From an uncultured bacterium (GTDB lineage: Bacteria > Verrucomicrobiota > Kiritimatiellia > PWTM01): 64,000 nucleotides of DNA. The DNA is taken from positions 38,801 to 102,800 of the forward strand of contig CALLFZ010000036.1 of NCBI GenBank assembly GCA_938010045.1. Reading direction: 5' to 3'. Both the position numbers and the translations under genes were made by a program. Below, piece by piece: positions 18,387-28,268 of the stretch; position 1 is the first letter of the stretch; each line of letters opens with the position of its first letter. Under the pieces are notes generated by a model. That model searched no databases, had not been told where the DNA came from, and worked only from the letters and a program-made list of their open reading frames with translations.

Positions 18387-20066
18387 TTAGCGGCGGGCGG
18401 ACCGCCGACGTGCGCGCTCGAGCAGGTCCAACGCGTGCGCGAGCGCCGCCCGTGAGTCGCTGCCGCCGAGCATGCGCGCAAGTTCCTCCACTCGGCCGCG
18501 TTCGTCCAGCGCCACCACCTCGGTGAACGTACGGCCTTCGCGCACCACCTTGCGCACCGCGCGATGCGCCACGCCCCAGGCCGCTACCTGCGGTAGGTGC
18601 GTAATGCAAAGCACCTGATGCCGCTCCGCCACGCCCGCCAGTTCGCGCCCCACTGCGTGGCCCATCTCGCCGCCGAGGTTCGCATCAATCTCGTCGAACA
18701 CGAGCACGGGGATGCGGTCGTGCTCCGCGAGCACCGCCTTCAGTGCGAGCATGAGCCGCGAAATCTCGCCGCTCGAGGCGATCTGCCGCAGCGGCCGCAT
18801 CGGTTCCCCGACGTTCGGCGCAAAGCCGAACTCGACACGATCCATGCCATCCGCGCGCGGCTCCACCGGGAACAGTTCGGCCGCGAACGCGCTGCCGGGG
18901 AAGCCGAGAAACTCCAGTTCTCCGGTGACAGCCTCGGCCAGCTCCTCCGCGGCGGCGCGGCGACGCGCGCGCAGGACCTCGCCGCGCCGCTCGCGCTCGG
19001 TGCGCAGGCGCGCGAGCTCCTCGTCGAGCTCGGCGAGCCGTTGACCGCGCGATCGCAGCTCCTCCAGCCGCGTCCGCGCGCGTTCGAGCTCCGCGAGACA
19101 CGCCGCCACGGAACCGCCATACTTGCGCTGCATGCGCTGGTAGACCGCCAGCCGTCGGTCGAGCCATTCGAGCCGCGCCGGCTCGGCTTCGATGCCGCCC
19201 GCCTCGCGCAAAACCGCGATTCCAAGTTCCTGGACCGCCTTCGCCAGCCGCACCGCCTCATCGCGCCACTCCACCGCGGCGGGCAGCAGCCGGGCGAGTT
19301 CGTCGAGCGGCCGCTGAGCCTGAACCAGCGAGTTGTACGCGCAAGCGTCGCCCTCCGTCAGCGCGGCCGCAGCCTGGCTCGCAAGTTCGAGAATGCGCTG
19401 CGCATGCCCGAGCATTTCATGTTCCCGACGGATCTCCTCCTCCTCTCCCTCCCGCAGACTCGCCTCCTCAAGATCGCGGACTGTGAACTCCAGTAGATCT
19501 ATTTCGCGCGCAAATCGCTCGTCATCGCCCACCAACTCCGAACGTTGCGCCTCCAGCTCGAGGATTTGGGCGTGCACCTCCGCGTACGCGGCCCGCTCCG
19601 CCCCTGCGTGCGCTAACGCGTCCAACATCGCGAGCTGTTCGGCGGGGTGAAATAGTGACTGGTGGTCATGCGGACCGTGCAAGTCCACCAGCACATCGCC
19701 GATTCGAGCGAGCGTCTGCACTGTCACCGGGCTGTCGTTCACATGCGCCTGGCCGGTCCCGTTCGCGCGGACCGTCCGTCGGATGAGAAGTTGCCCGTCC
19801 TCGCACGGCGGAAGATCCAGCGTCGCAAGCACGGCATCCACGTCCCGTGAGTCCGCAAGCTCGAACAAGCCCTCCACCCAGCAGTGGTCCTCGCCCGCAC
19901 GAATGAGGGAGCGGTCGGCCCGGTCGCCGAGCAACAGTGCAAGCGCACCCACCAAGATGGATTTGCCCGCCCCGGTCTCCCCGGTGATGACATTCAGCCC
20001 CGGCTCGAACTCGGCGCGGACATCATCGGCGATGGCGAGGTGTCGAACGCGAAGCGATCTCAGCAT
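18387..20066 (-). CDS. recN: DNA repair protein RecN
   Basis: MLRSLRVRHLAIADDV...GLNVITGETGAGKSILVGAL (Walker A), a coiled-coil middle region, and a C-terminal SMC-type signature/Walker B region. Confidence 0.88.
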   Translation of the reverse strand: MLRSLRVRHLAIADDVRAEFEPGLNVITGETGAGKSILVGALALLLGDRADRSLIRAGEDHCWVEGLFELADSRDVDAVLATLDLPPCEDGQLLIRRTVRANGTGQAHVNDSPVTVQTLARIGDVLVDLHGPHDHQSLFHPAEQLAMLDALAHAGAERAAYAEVHAQILELEAQRSELVGDDERFAREIDLLEFTVRDLEEASLREGEEEEIRREHEMLGHAQRILELASQAAAALTEGDACAYNSLVQAQRPLDELARLLPAAVEWRDEAVRLAKAVQELGIAVLREAGGIEAEPARLEWLDRRLAVYQRMQRKYGGSVAACLAELERARTRLEELRSRGQRLAELDEELARLRTERERRGEVLRARRRAAAEELAEAVTGELEFLGFPGSAFAAELFPVEPRADGMDRVEFGFAPNVGEPMRPLRQIASSGEISRLMLALKAVLAEHDRIPVLVFDEIDANLGGEMGHAVGRELAGVAERHQVLCITHLPQVAAWGVAHRAVRKVVREGRTFTEVVALDERGRVEELARMLGGSDSRAALAHALDLLERARRRSARR

Positions 20067-20323
20067 GGCCGGGACTCGTTCTGCGGACTGCATAGCAAGA
20101 GCCGCCGGCCACGGCAAGCCTGCAGTCAACTGGGACAATTCTACGGGCGCGATTCAGAGACTGGGCACCTGCGCGGCTCCCTTCTTTTCTCTCCAACCTG
20201 GGTTCGACGACGTGTTGTTTCCCGCTTGCCCGCAGCGGAGCGCCGGAACCAGAGCCAGACCTTGGCGACGCAGTCCTGAGCACATGGCCGAGCGCAGGTC
20301 TCGCCCCCATGGCAGGACGGCGG

Positions 20324-21367
20324 TCAGGCCACCGCCCACCAATCGCGGCCCTCGCGCAGACGGAGAGACTTCAGCCGCGCCCGAATCTCCGCCCGGGCGC
20401 CGCGCACACCGACCGCCGCAAGTACGACCGCGCGCCGTCCGGTGATCAGCCGCGGCAGTTCCTCGGGTGCGAGAATGGGGCGGCCTCGTCGTATACCGCC
20501 GATGATGCGCGGATCAATATCCACAAACGCATCGGCCGGCCGTCCCGCCGCTTCGAGTTCACGCCCGAGTCGCCGGCCGATTCGCCCAGCCCCCCAGATG
20601 ACCACGAGTTCCGCTGCACTCAGCGGGCCCTCGGCCAGCGCCCGGGCTTTCAACCGCAGAAACCGATCGGGCGAATAGCGCGGGTCGGTGCGCGTCAGCC
20701 TCCAGGGATGATCGGTCCAGTCGAGCAGGACCTGAGGCAGGCGCGCGAAGCGTGCGCCGGCGCGCCAGAGCCGCAACCAGAGGTCGTAATCCTCGGGACC
20801 GTCGAACTCACGGTATCCGCCGACACGGTTCAGCCACTCGCCTCGCATCATCACCGTGGGATGTGGCAGCGGGCTTTCGATGAAGAGATTTCGCACAATC
20901 GCCTCGTGACATAGCGGCCGGTTCAGCCACGCCACATAGCGACGCCAGCCCGGGCCCGGCGGGTGGCCGGCGGCGTACACGCGGGTGGCGAGGATCGCGA
21001 TCTCCGCGTGTGCATCGAGAAATTCCGCCTGGAGTTCGAGCCGCCGCGGATGGGCGATATCATCGGCATCCATCCTGGCGATGTACGGTGCCCGACATGC
21101 CGCCAGACCGGTGTTCAGCGCGGCGACCAGCCCCTGGCCCGGCGCAGGCAGCCGAATTCGCCGCAGTCGCGGCTCGTGGCGAGCCCGCTCGTGCAGCCAT
21201 TCGCCGGTTCCGTCCGAGGAGCCGTCATCCACCACCACAAGCTCGAATTCGCGCAGTGTCTGGCACTCGATGCTTTTCATGGCCCCTGCGATGGTGCGGA
21301 GTGCATTGCGGCAGGGCATGAGGACGGAGACGCGGAGGCGTTCGCTCCTCGGGCGAGAGGTCACCAC
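20324..21367 (-). CDS. family-2 glycosyltransferase with a C-terminal extra domain
   Basis: VSVLMPCRNALRTIAGAMKSIECQTLREFELVVVDDGSSDGT and ARMDADDIAHPRRL (DxD). The start is uncertain: a GTG at ~21367 lies 11 nt after the TPR-gene stop, and the first in-frame ATG is at 21319. Confidence 0.6.
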   Translation of the reverse strand: MVTSRPRSERLRVSVLMPCRNALRTIAGAMKSIECQTLREFELVVVDDGSSDGTGEWLHERARHEPRLRRIRLPAPGQGLVAALNTGLAACRAPYIARMDADDIAHPRRLELQAEFLDAHAEIAILATRVYAAGHPPGPGWRRYVAWLNRPLCHEAIVRNLFIESPLPHPTVMMRGEWLNRVGGYREFDGPEDYDLWLRLWRAGARFARLPQVLLDWTDHPWRLTRTDPRYSPDRFLRLKARALAEGPLSAAELVVIWGAGRIGRRLGRELEAAGRPADAFVDIDPRIIGGIRRGRPILAPEELPRLITGRRAVVLAAVGVRGARAEIRARLKSLRLREGRDWWAVA

Positions 21368-21378
21368 GGCGGCACAGT

Positions 21379-22530
21379 TCAGGGCTCGATGCGCCGGGGA
21401 GTCCAGATCAGATCGGTCGGGGGGGACAGGCCGATGGTCAGCTCCATCCGCGCCGGCGTGGCGGCGGGTTCGGGCATCCGCAAGGCGAGCGCGGGCGAGG
21501 TGGCGCCGAGGAGTTGTTCCAGAAAGGCCATCACCCGTGGCTCGTCGCGCAACGGCGCGAAGTCGGCACGCGCGAACCATTGCACCACGGTCTTCGGCGA
21601 CAGCCGCTGGGCGGCCTCGCCGAACACCCGGGTCACGTCGCCCGGCTGGCGCAGCGCCGCGTAGACCAGGGCGAGATTGAGGAACGTCGCCTCGGTGGCG
21701 GCGGGATCCCGTGCGAGATCTTCGAGCACGAAGGCCGCCTTGCCGTAGTCGCCGCTTCGCAGGTAGGCCAGCCCAAGCAGGTCGCGCGCCGCCGGCTGGC
21801 CCGGTCGCAGTTCAAGCCAGCGTCGCAAATGGGCGATGGCGTCGGGGTAAAGCCCCCCATCGAGCGCCGCACGCGCAGCGATCTCAAGGGACGTGGTTCG
21901 GGTCGAGTCATCCTCCAGCACCCAACGCGCGGCCGCGTAGGCCGGTCGGGGACGCGACTGCATCAGCAGCACCGCCGCGAGAGTCTCACGCGCTTCGATA
22001 TTGCGCGGCTGGGCCTCGAGCACCGCGAGGCAGTCCTCCTCTGCCTCGCGAAGCTGCTTCATCTGAAGATGCACGCGGGCCCGTGCGGCGCGCCAAGCGA
22101 TGCTCTGCGGGGCCGCTTCTAGTGCCCGTTCCGCCAGCGCCTCTGCCTTCGACACCAGTCCCCGGTCGAGCAGCCGGTGAAACTCCTGCAGATCGGTGCC
22201 TTCCCGACGGCTCTGTTCCCGTAGCCGCTCGATCGTCGAGACCAATCCGGCGTCCGACATGCCCATGGTGGGAGCCTCAACGTCCCCGGCCGGCGGCGCG
22301 GGCGAAGGGGGAGGTGTCGCGCGGTGGCGCAAGACCACGTAGGCCATCCCCGCCACCGTATAGATCACGGCGGCCACAGCCAACAGAACCACCCACCGAC
22401 GGGTTCGACGGCGCCGCTCGCGTACCCGCTTGGAGGCCCGAAAGACGGGCGGACCCGTCCGATCCCGCTGTTCGTAGATGTCGTGAGCGAGATCGGCGGC
22501 CGGCGCCGCGAATACGCGATCGTCCGCCAT
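21379..22530 (-). CDS. single-pass membrane TPR-repeat protein
   Basis: Basic stretch RRRRTRRWVVLLAVAAVIYTVAGMAYVVL (TM helix) followed by TPR-like helical repeats. The start overlaps the stop of the upstream BON gene (TGATG). Confidence 0.5.
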   Translation of the reverse strand: MADDRVFAAPAADLAHDIYEQRDRTGPPVFRASKRVRERRRRTRRWVVLLAVAAVIYTVAGMAYVVLRHRATPPPSPAPPAGDVEAPTMGMSDAGLVSTIERLREQSRREGTDLQEFHRLLDRGLVSKAEALAERALEAAPQSIAWRAARARVHLQMKQLREAEEDCLAVLEAQPRNIEARETLAAVLLMQSRPRPAYAAARWVLEDDSTRTTSLEIAARAALDGGLYPDAIAHLRRWLELRPGQPAARDLLGLAYLRSGDYGKAAFVLEDLARDPAATEATFLNLALVYAALRQPGDVTRVFGEAAQRLSPKTVVQWFARADFAPLRDEPRVMAFLEQLLGATSPALALRMPEPAATPARMELTIGLSPPTDLIWTPRRIEP

Positions 22531-22871
22531 CAGCGGGCGCTGGGAGTCAGCGGGCTGGCGTAGGGCCGGTCACTCATCCGGTCCTCCACGGCGCGGACTC
22601 CCTCCGTGCCGCGGGCGATCGAGAGGGCGCGGGCGCGCGCCTCGATCGGCAGCGAACCGCTCAATACGACGTATCCGCGCTGGCTCGTCACGCCGATTGA
22701 ATAGCGCTGCGTGACCGGATCCGCGGCCAGACGCTCGCGGACCGCTACGACGATCGCGTCGTCCTCGGCGCTCGTGGCAAGCTTCCCCGAATCGGTTGCG
22801 CAGCCCGTCGCGATCGCGAACACCATCGCCGCTGCACTACAGATCAGCCATTGGTACAACCATCGGCTCAT
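22530..22871 (-). CDS. BON-domain lipoprotein
   Basis: Lipobox AIATGC; BON-like segment YVVLSGSLPIEARARALSIARGTEGVRAVEDR. Confidence 0.55.
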   Translation of the reverse strand: MSRWLYQWLICSAAAMVFAIATGCATDSGKLATSAEDDAIVVAVRERLAADPVTQRYSIGVTSQRGYVVLSGSLPIEARARALSIARGTEGVRAVEDRMSDRPYASPLTPSAR

Positions 22872-23029
22872 TGCGAGGCCCTTTCGGTCGTTGTTCTATC
22901 CTGGCCACGCTCAGCATAGCCAACCCCCGCTCCCGTTTCAAACACGGCGCCCGCATCGGCCGCGCGGCGGGCCAATGCCGGCCTCGCAGAGGGACCACCG
23001 CATCCTCCGAACCGCCCGCCGGACGAGGA

Positions 23030-24205
23030 TCAAGCGCGGAAGGCCAGCGCGAAGATCACGATGCAGGCAAGCGAGATCGCGAAGGGTACCGCGAAGATCT
23101 TCGACCACCGGAAGCCGCCCTCGCCGCCAAACCGGTCCATCACGCCGCCAGCCAACTGCGTGCCGAGAAAGAGCCCCACGCCTGTCGTCGCGGCAAAGAT
23201 CAATGCTTGCATCGAACTGCGCACCGCCTCGGTCGCCATCGTGTTCGCGAGCATTTGGCCCGCAATGATGAAGAGCACGTAGGCCAACCCGTGCAGCGCC
23301 TGGACCGCCACGATCACCGGCCGGGAGGTCGTGAACGCGTACACGCCGTAGAGAATCGCCCACGAGGCCGCTCCGACGATCAACGTGGTTTTGAACCCAA
23401 GCTTCTCTGTCATGGGGCCGAGCAGCAGAAACGTCGCCACCGTCTGTACCGCCTGCGCGATCGCCATCGTGGCCGGCACGCTACGGTTACCGATCCCGAT
23501 GGTCTGCAAGAACGGCGCCGAGCCGAGGAAGTAGAACTGCATCAGACCGGCCATCACCATTGAAACAACCACGAACACCAGAAAGTTCGGCTGTTTCAAC
23601 ATGGCGATCGCGTCGAGGATCGGCGCGGTGCCCGCTCGTGCCGGCGGAGTCGCGGGCAACGCCAGACATGCCAGCGCCATCACCACCGCCAAGCCCCCCG
23701 CCAGATACATGCAGTCGACGCCGCGGTCCCCCGTTTTGAAGCGGAACCGCCATGCGCTCAATCCATACCCGACCAGCGCCCACGCGATCGGCGCCCACAT
23801 GAACACGTGCCCCACGTTGATGCCCGTCTCGGGCGTGACGTGCGCAAACATCACCGAGTTCACCAGCGGCAGCGCGGCCGCATAGCACAGCGAATGGCCC
23901 AACATCGCGGCGAGCAGCGGGATGAACCGCTCCTGCCGCGCCGCGATGAACATGAACAGTGCGCCCAAGATGTGCGCCGTAAACAGAACGTGCTCGCTAT
24001 GGAAGTACCGGTCGGCCATTTGGCCGGAAATCAGTGGCGCCACGATGCAGGCCAGCGGCAGAGTCCCGTACACCCAGCCTGTCTGCTTCCCATTCAGCTT
24101 CAGCGGCCCGAGCAACCGCGCCGCTAACACCGGCGCCCACGCCCCCCAGATCGCATACTGCAAGCCCATCATCAGGCTCAGCTTCGTGTAGAGCGGCCAG
24201 TTCAT
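23030..24205 (-). CDS. MFS-family transporter
   Basis: Twelve hydrophobic segments. Starts MNWPLYTKLSLMMGLQYAIWGAW. The extra N-terminal part of the track ORF is not membrane-like. Confidence 0.7.
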   Translation of the reverse strand: MNWPLYTKLSLMMGLQYAIWGAWAPVLAARLLGPLKLNGKQTGWVYGTLPLACIVAPLISGQMADRYFHSEHVLFTAHILGALFMFIAARQERFIPLLAAMLGHSLCYAAALPLVNSVMFAHVTPETGINVGHVFMWAPIAWALVGYGLSAWRFRFKTGDRGVDCMYLAGGLAVVMALACLALPATPPARAGTAPILDAIAMLKQPNFLVFVVVSMVMAGLMQFYFLGSAPFLQTIGIGNRSVPATMAIAQAVQTVATFLLLGPMTEKLGFKTTLIVGAASWAILYGVYAFTTSRPVIVAVQALHGLAYVLFIIAGQMLANTMATEAVRSSMQALIFAATTGVGLFLGTQLAGGVMDRFGGEGGFRWSKIFAVPFAISLACIVIFALAFRA

Positions 24206-24804
24206 CGCTTCACTCCTCCGCGTGCGCCCGCGCCCAACGGGCCAGAGCCCGATTGTTGCGTTCGTGAACGGATTACCTAACTGGATCCGGCGCGAAATGC
24301 AACCCATGACCGCTCACCTGAAGCCATTGCGCTGTGCCGAGGCCAGCTCATCACGACCCCCGCGTGCGAGTGACACGGAACGCAGGTCCTCGCCGTCCTC
24401 ATTGTTCCGCCGTTCTCATTCTGCCCAAGCAGCGAAAGGGGCCAGGGGCCCGCATCGCCGCCGTGAGGCAACACCGGTTGGATCACGTAGCCCCCAGATG
24501 CGTTTTCACACCGTTCCGGCCCACTCCGGGCAGGCCCAAAGTGCGGCCCCTTTTTGCTGGCCACCGACTCCCCCGGTCGCACTCCAGCGCCCCCCGGACA
24601 TCACGGACATCCAGAAACGTAAATTCGATCACGACCACATCGAGCGTGACGATGTGCTCCGTCCGACCCTAACGCATGCCAAACCGCGCCCTGGGCCCCC
24701 CTGCTCCCCAAGCGCCCTCGGAAACAAGTGTCCACGAACTCTCAACTTTTTCGATGCGCCCCTGATGCGACCCCGACGCCGATACGACCGATGATATGGT
24801 CGGG

Positions 24805-25866
24805 TCAGCCGACCGGCAGGCGCGGGCAGGGCTGAGGCGTGCGCGCGCAGCGGTGGCAGATCTCGTTCTCCGGTGGCCGGCCATCAAAGAACTGTCGGAG
24901 ATTTTTCGCCGTGGTCTCCGCAATCGCGGTCATCGCCTCGCGAGTGAAAAACGCCTGATGCGAAGTGACCAGCACGTTTGGGAAGGTCGTCAGCCGCGCC
25001 AGCCGATCGTCGTCAATGCCCGACGCCGAGAAATCCTCAAAGAAATACCGTTCCTCCTCTTCGTAGACGTCGAGACCGGCCGCGCCGACCCGGCCGCTCT
25101 TGAGGCCGGCTAGCAACGCGCGCGTGTCGATCAGCTGCCCTCGGCCGGTGTTGATCAGCATCACGCCGCGCTTCATGCGCGCGATGGCCGCCGCATTGAT
25201 CAGTCCCTGTGTCTCCGACGTCAGCGGGCAGTGCAGCGAGATCACGTCCGACTCCGCATACAACCGCTCCAGGTCCGTGAGCTCAACGCCGAGACGGGCA
25301 GCCCACGCGACGTCGGGCTGCGGGTCGTGGCCCAGCACGCGCATTCCGAAGCCAAGGAGAATCTGCGCCATCACCCGCCCGATCTGACCGAGCCCGATGA
25401 GGCCAGCGGTCTTACCGTACAGATCGAAGCCGAGCAGGCCGTGGATCGAGAAATTGTTGTCGCGCGTACGGAGCCAGGCGCGGTGAATCTTCCGGTTCAG
25501 CGCCAGCATCAACGCCGCCGCGTGCTCGGCCACCGCGTGCGGCGAATAGGCAGGAACGCGCACCACCGTCAGCCGTCCGCCGGCTGCCACGAGATCCACG
25601 TTGTTAAACCCCGCACACCGCAGCGCCACGATCCGCACTCCCATGGCCGTCAGCGCGTGAATCACGGGCGCGGAAACGTCATCGTTCACAAACACGCACA
25701 CCGCCGGCACCCCCTCGGCGAGACGCACTGTGTCCGGGCCCAGCCGCGGCGTGAGCCATCGTCCCTCGAACCCCGCGCGCCGAAACGCGGGTTCGAGAAA
25801 TTCGCGGTCGTAGGGCTTGGTGTCAAACACCGCGACCGAAATTGTCGGGCTTTTCGTCATCTCCAT
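24805..25866 (-). CDS. ldhA: D-lactate dehydrogenase (D-isomer-specific 2-hydroxyacid dehydrogenase)
   Basis: Collinear with enterobacterial LdhA: AVFDTKPYDREFL, VCVFVNDD, ALRCAGFNNVDL, VVRVPAYSPHAVAEH, GKTAGLIGLGQIG, SDVISLHCPLT, GLDVYE-E---FFED, VLVTSHQAF. Confidence 0.88.
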   Translation of the reverse strand: MEMTKSPTISVAVFDTKPYDREFLEPAFRRAGFEGRWLTPRLGPDTVRLAEGVPAVCVFVNDDVSAPVIHALTAMGVRIVALRCAGFNNVDLVAAGGRLTVVRVPAYSPHAVAEHAAALMLALNRKIHRAWLRTRDNNFSIHGLLGFDLYGKTAGLIGLGQIGRVMAQILLGFGMRVLGHDPQPDVAWAARLGVELTDLERLYAESDVISLHCPLTSETQGLINAAAIARMKRGVMLINTGRGQLIDTRALLAGLKSGRVGAAGLDVYEEEERYFFEDFSASGIDDDRLARLTTFPNVLVTSHQAFFTREAMTAIAETTAKNLRQFFDGRPPENEICHRCARTPQPCPRLPVG

Positions 25867-26258
25867 TACGATACGTCCGACCGCGCGAATTTCACGCGAA
25901 CTTCGACGCAGCCGCGGCGCGACGCGACGACGGCACGCGCGCGGCACCGAGAGGCATCGCCCGTGTCCGTCGAACCTGCTACACGAGACCCATCTTGCTT
26001 TTTCACGACACCTGACTACGCAAACGGCGACGCCACCTCGCCGCCCCTGGCCGGCATCTACGATTTCTGCCGCAATAGCGCCGCCAAGGACGAACGCACC
26101 GAAACATCCGACCTCCGAGACCGCGCCGCCCCAACCGGGGCGAATTCGAGGTCGTAGAATTGGAGAACTCTGCCGTTCTCGCCTCGGCGGATGTCGTGAG
26201 GTTGGGCGGCCCATTGCGCCGGACAGGACCGCGCCGGCGGCCTGCTCGGCCGCTACGT

Positions 26259-28095
26259 TCACGGCCCGCGGATGGGGTCGGGCGGACCGGTCGGTGGCCG
26301 CAGTTCGCCCTCGATCGCGGGTGTCGCACCCGGTTGCAGGTGGATCATGAAGTGCACCGCAGCACCGTCGAGCCGCGCCGAAACGCGCACGCTGTCGGCC
26401 TCTGGGCCGGCGCGCACTTCCGCCTCTGCATCCACGGCCATCACGGCAGCGATGCGGCGGCGCGCCGCGCGTTCGCGCGTGGTGGCGGTGAAATGCCACT
26501 GCCGGGGCGGTTCAGGACGGTTCAGGGTCGGAAAGCCGGCCCACGGGGCCACGGACCACTCGTCGGTCTGCGCGAAGCGGAATCCGCCCGGCGTTGCGAG
26601 GTGCACGTGCATACGCGCCTCTTCGCGCCGGCTACACACCGTCTGCGCGCCTTCGTCCATTGTCCATCTGCTCCTTCGCATGCAGCAGCCACTGGACCTC
26701 CGCCCCGCGGATGGCTGCGGAACTCCACGAGCCGTCCGTTGGTGCTTCCTTTGCGCACGATCTGCCCCCGGCCGTTCACGAGGATCGCGTTGTGGGCGAG
26801 GGTCTGCCGCGTGTACTCCGCGTGGTGTGGACCGCCATAGGTCGGAACGTAGTCGCCGGCGGGGATGGCGAGCGCGCGGCCGCCCTTCATGATCACGAAG
26901 GAGTTCTGGTCGGCGTGGCTGTGGCTGACGGCGCCGTAGGGTGACGATTTAACTATCACCATTAGATCGCGTTCCGGCCGGGCCAAATCGCTGTGGAACA
27001 CAGCCCAGCCGATGCCGCACCATGCGGCGTCGGGCGGCAGATGGGCGGGCGGTTGCGGCTCAAGATCGTCCGCCCGCCAGATACGCGGTCCCCTCGGCCC
27101 ATCCGCCGTCCCATCCCGCCCAGTGGGGAAACACCGTGAGCACGGCGCGAAGCGCAGAGTCGAGCCAGGCCTCGGCGCGGGGTTCCTCCGCGAGCGCGAG
27201 TGCGTGCTCCTGGCCTACGCGGTCTCGTTCATGGTCGTCGAGCAGCTCGTCGGTCCAGTCGAACGTTCTCGCGGCCGATGTCGCAATGCCGAGTCCGATT
27301 CCGTCGCCGTGCGGCGCCATCACGGACGAGATGCCATCGGGATTCCAAGCCGCGACGTTCAACAGACGGGCCTTGCCGCCTCGCCGTAGCGCCGCTCGCT
27401 GCTGAGCAGGTACATCAGCGCCAGCGCGACCATTGCCTCGTCGAGGCGTCGCGCTTGCCTGAAGCTTTCGGTGTAGGCGAGTCGGCGAGCGGCGGGATCG
27501 GAGATGCGGTCATAGTCCGGCTCAGACATCGGCGTCAGTTGGATCGCTTTCTGCGCCGCTTGCCGGAGCGATGGGAACGCCTCCCGCCGGGTCGTTTCGA
27601 GCGTGGCGCGAACCGACTCGAGCTCGGCGCCTGGGAACATCAGGCGCGGCTGTTCGCGAGGCACGCGCGCCAGCAGCGTCGCCGCCGGGATCCATGGCGG
27701 CTCGATTGCGTTCGATGAAATCGCGAATCCGGACGGCGCGCGCACCGCGGCGACGCGGCCGGAGGCGTCGAGCGCTTCAACCCTCCAACGATATCGCCCG
27801 GGTGGCAGCGCGACCGACGGACTGTGTGCCGGGTCCGGAATGGCCGGCGACTCGTCGGCGCTTTCACCGGCTTCATTCTGCACGCGGAGCCGATAGGTCA
27901 CGCGCCCGCGGGGACTGCCCGGCCCCCAGCCCCCCCCGGCGGAGTGATGCCCAGCACAGCGCCTTCGGGGGGACGTGGATACGAAGCGCCCTCGGGTCGT
28001 TCGGCAGGGAACTCGATCCGATTCGCCGCTGCGGCTGGCGCCAGCAGAGAGACCGCCACCCATCCATTCCGGATCCATCGCTGTGGCGCAGGCAT
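26259..28095 (-). pseudogene. heparinase II/III-like (polysaccharide lyase) gene disrupted by at least 4 frameshifts
   Basis: Five consecutive minus-strand pieces in alternating frames: a signal peptide (MPAPQRWIRNGWVAVSLLAPAAAA, ~28095-27898), an N-terminal alpha/alpha domain (27898-27359), ...WAGWDGGWAEGTAYLAGG (27362-27060), a Hepar_II_III-like C-terminus SHSHADQNSFVIMKGGRAL (27001-26522), and a tail (26681-26259). The first frame break coincides with a C8 homopolymer at ~27925. Confidence 0.45.
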
Positions 28096-28268
28096 CTGCC
28101 ATGGTCCGCACATCGAGTCGGCATCTGCGATCACCTTCCTGGTTCCCCCTGGGGCCGCCGTGACCATATCGCGTGGCCACGCCGTACGCCAGATGTTGCA
28201 GCCCACCGCGACCGCTCGACGACGCCCGATGGCCCGTCGTATCGTGTGTCGGCCAAGGATGTTTGACG

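Noticed and set aside
17258-18481. Upstream 1.2 kb of the 589-aa minus ORF containing the PEBP gene
   Set aside because: The composition is Arg-rich noise. A signal peptide plus the complete PEBP domain begins at the internal Met (~17257). The plus strand here carries the better-supported Cys-rich peptide genes.
24308-24804. Possible terminator or ncRNA hairpins (ggggcc…ggcccc, ggcc-N8-ggcc-cctttttg) in the MFS/ldhA intergenic region
   Set aside because: The stems are short and imperfect, and the orientation does not match the flanking minus-strand genes' 3' ends.
25867-26499. N-terminal 210-aa extension of the ldhA ORF
   Set aside because: LdhA homology starts at MEMTKSPTISVAVFD. The extension is low-complexity Arg/Gly-rich.
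27359-27362. ATGA overlap between two heparinase fragments interpreted as two coupled genes
   Set aside because: The fragments are collinear pieces of one heparinase II/III architecture, and further frame breaks flank them, so pseudogene is more parsimonious.
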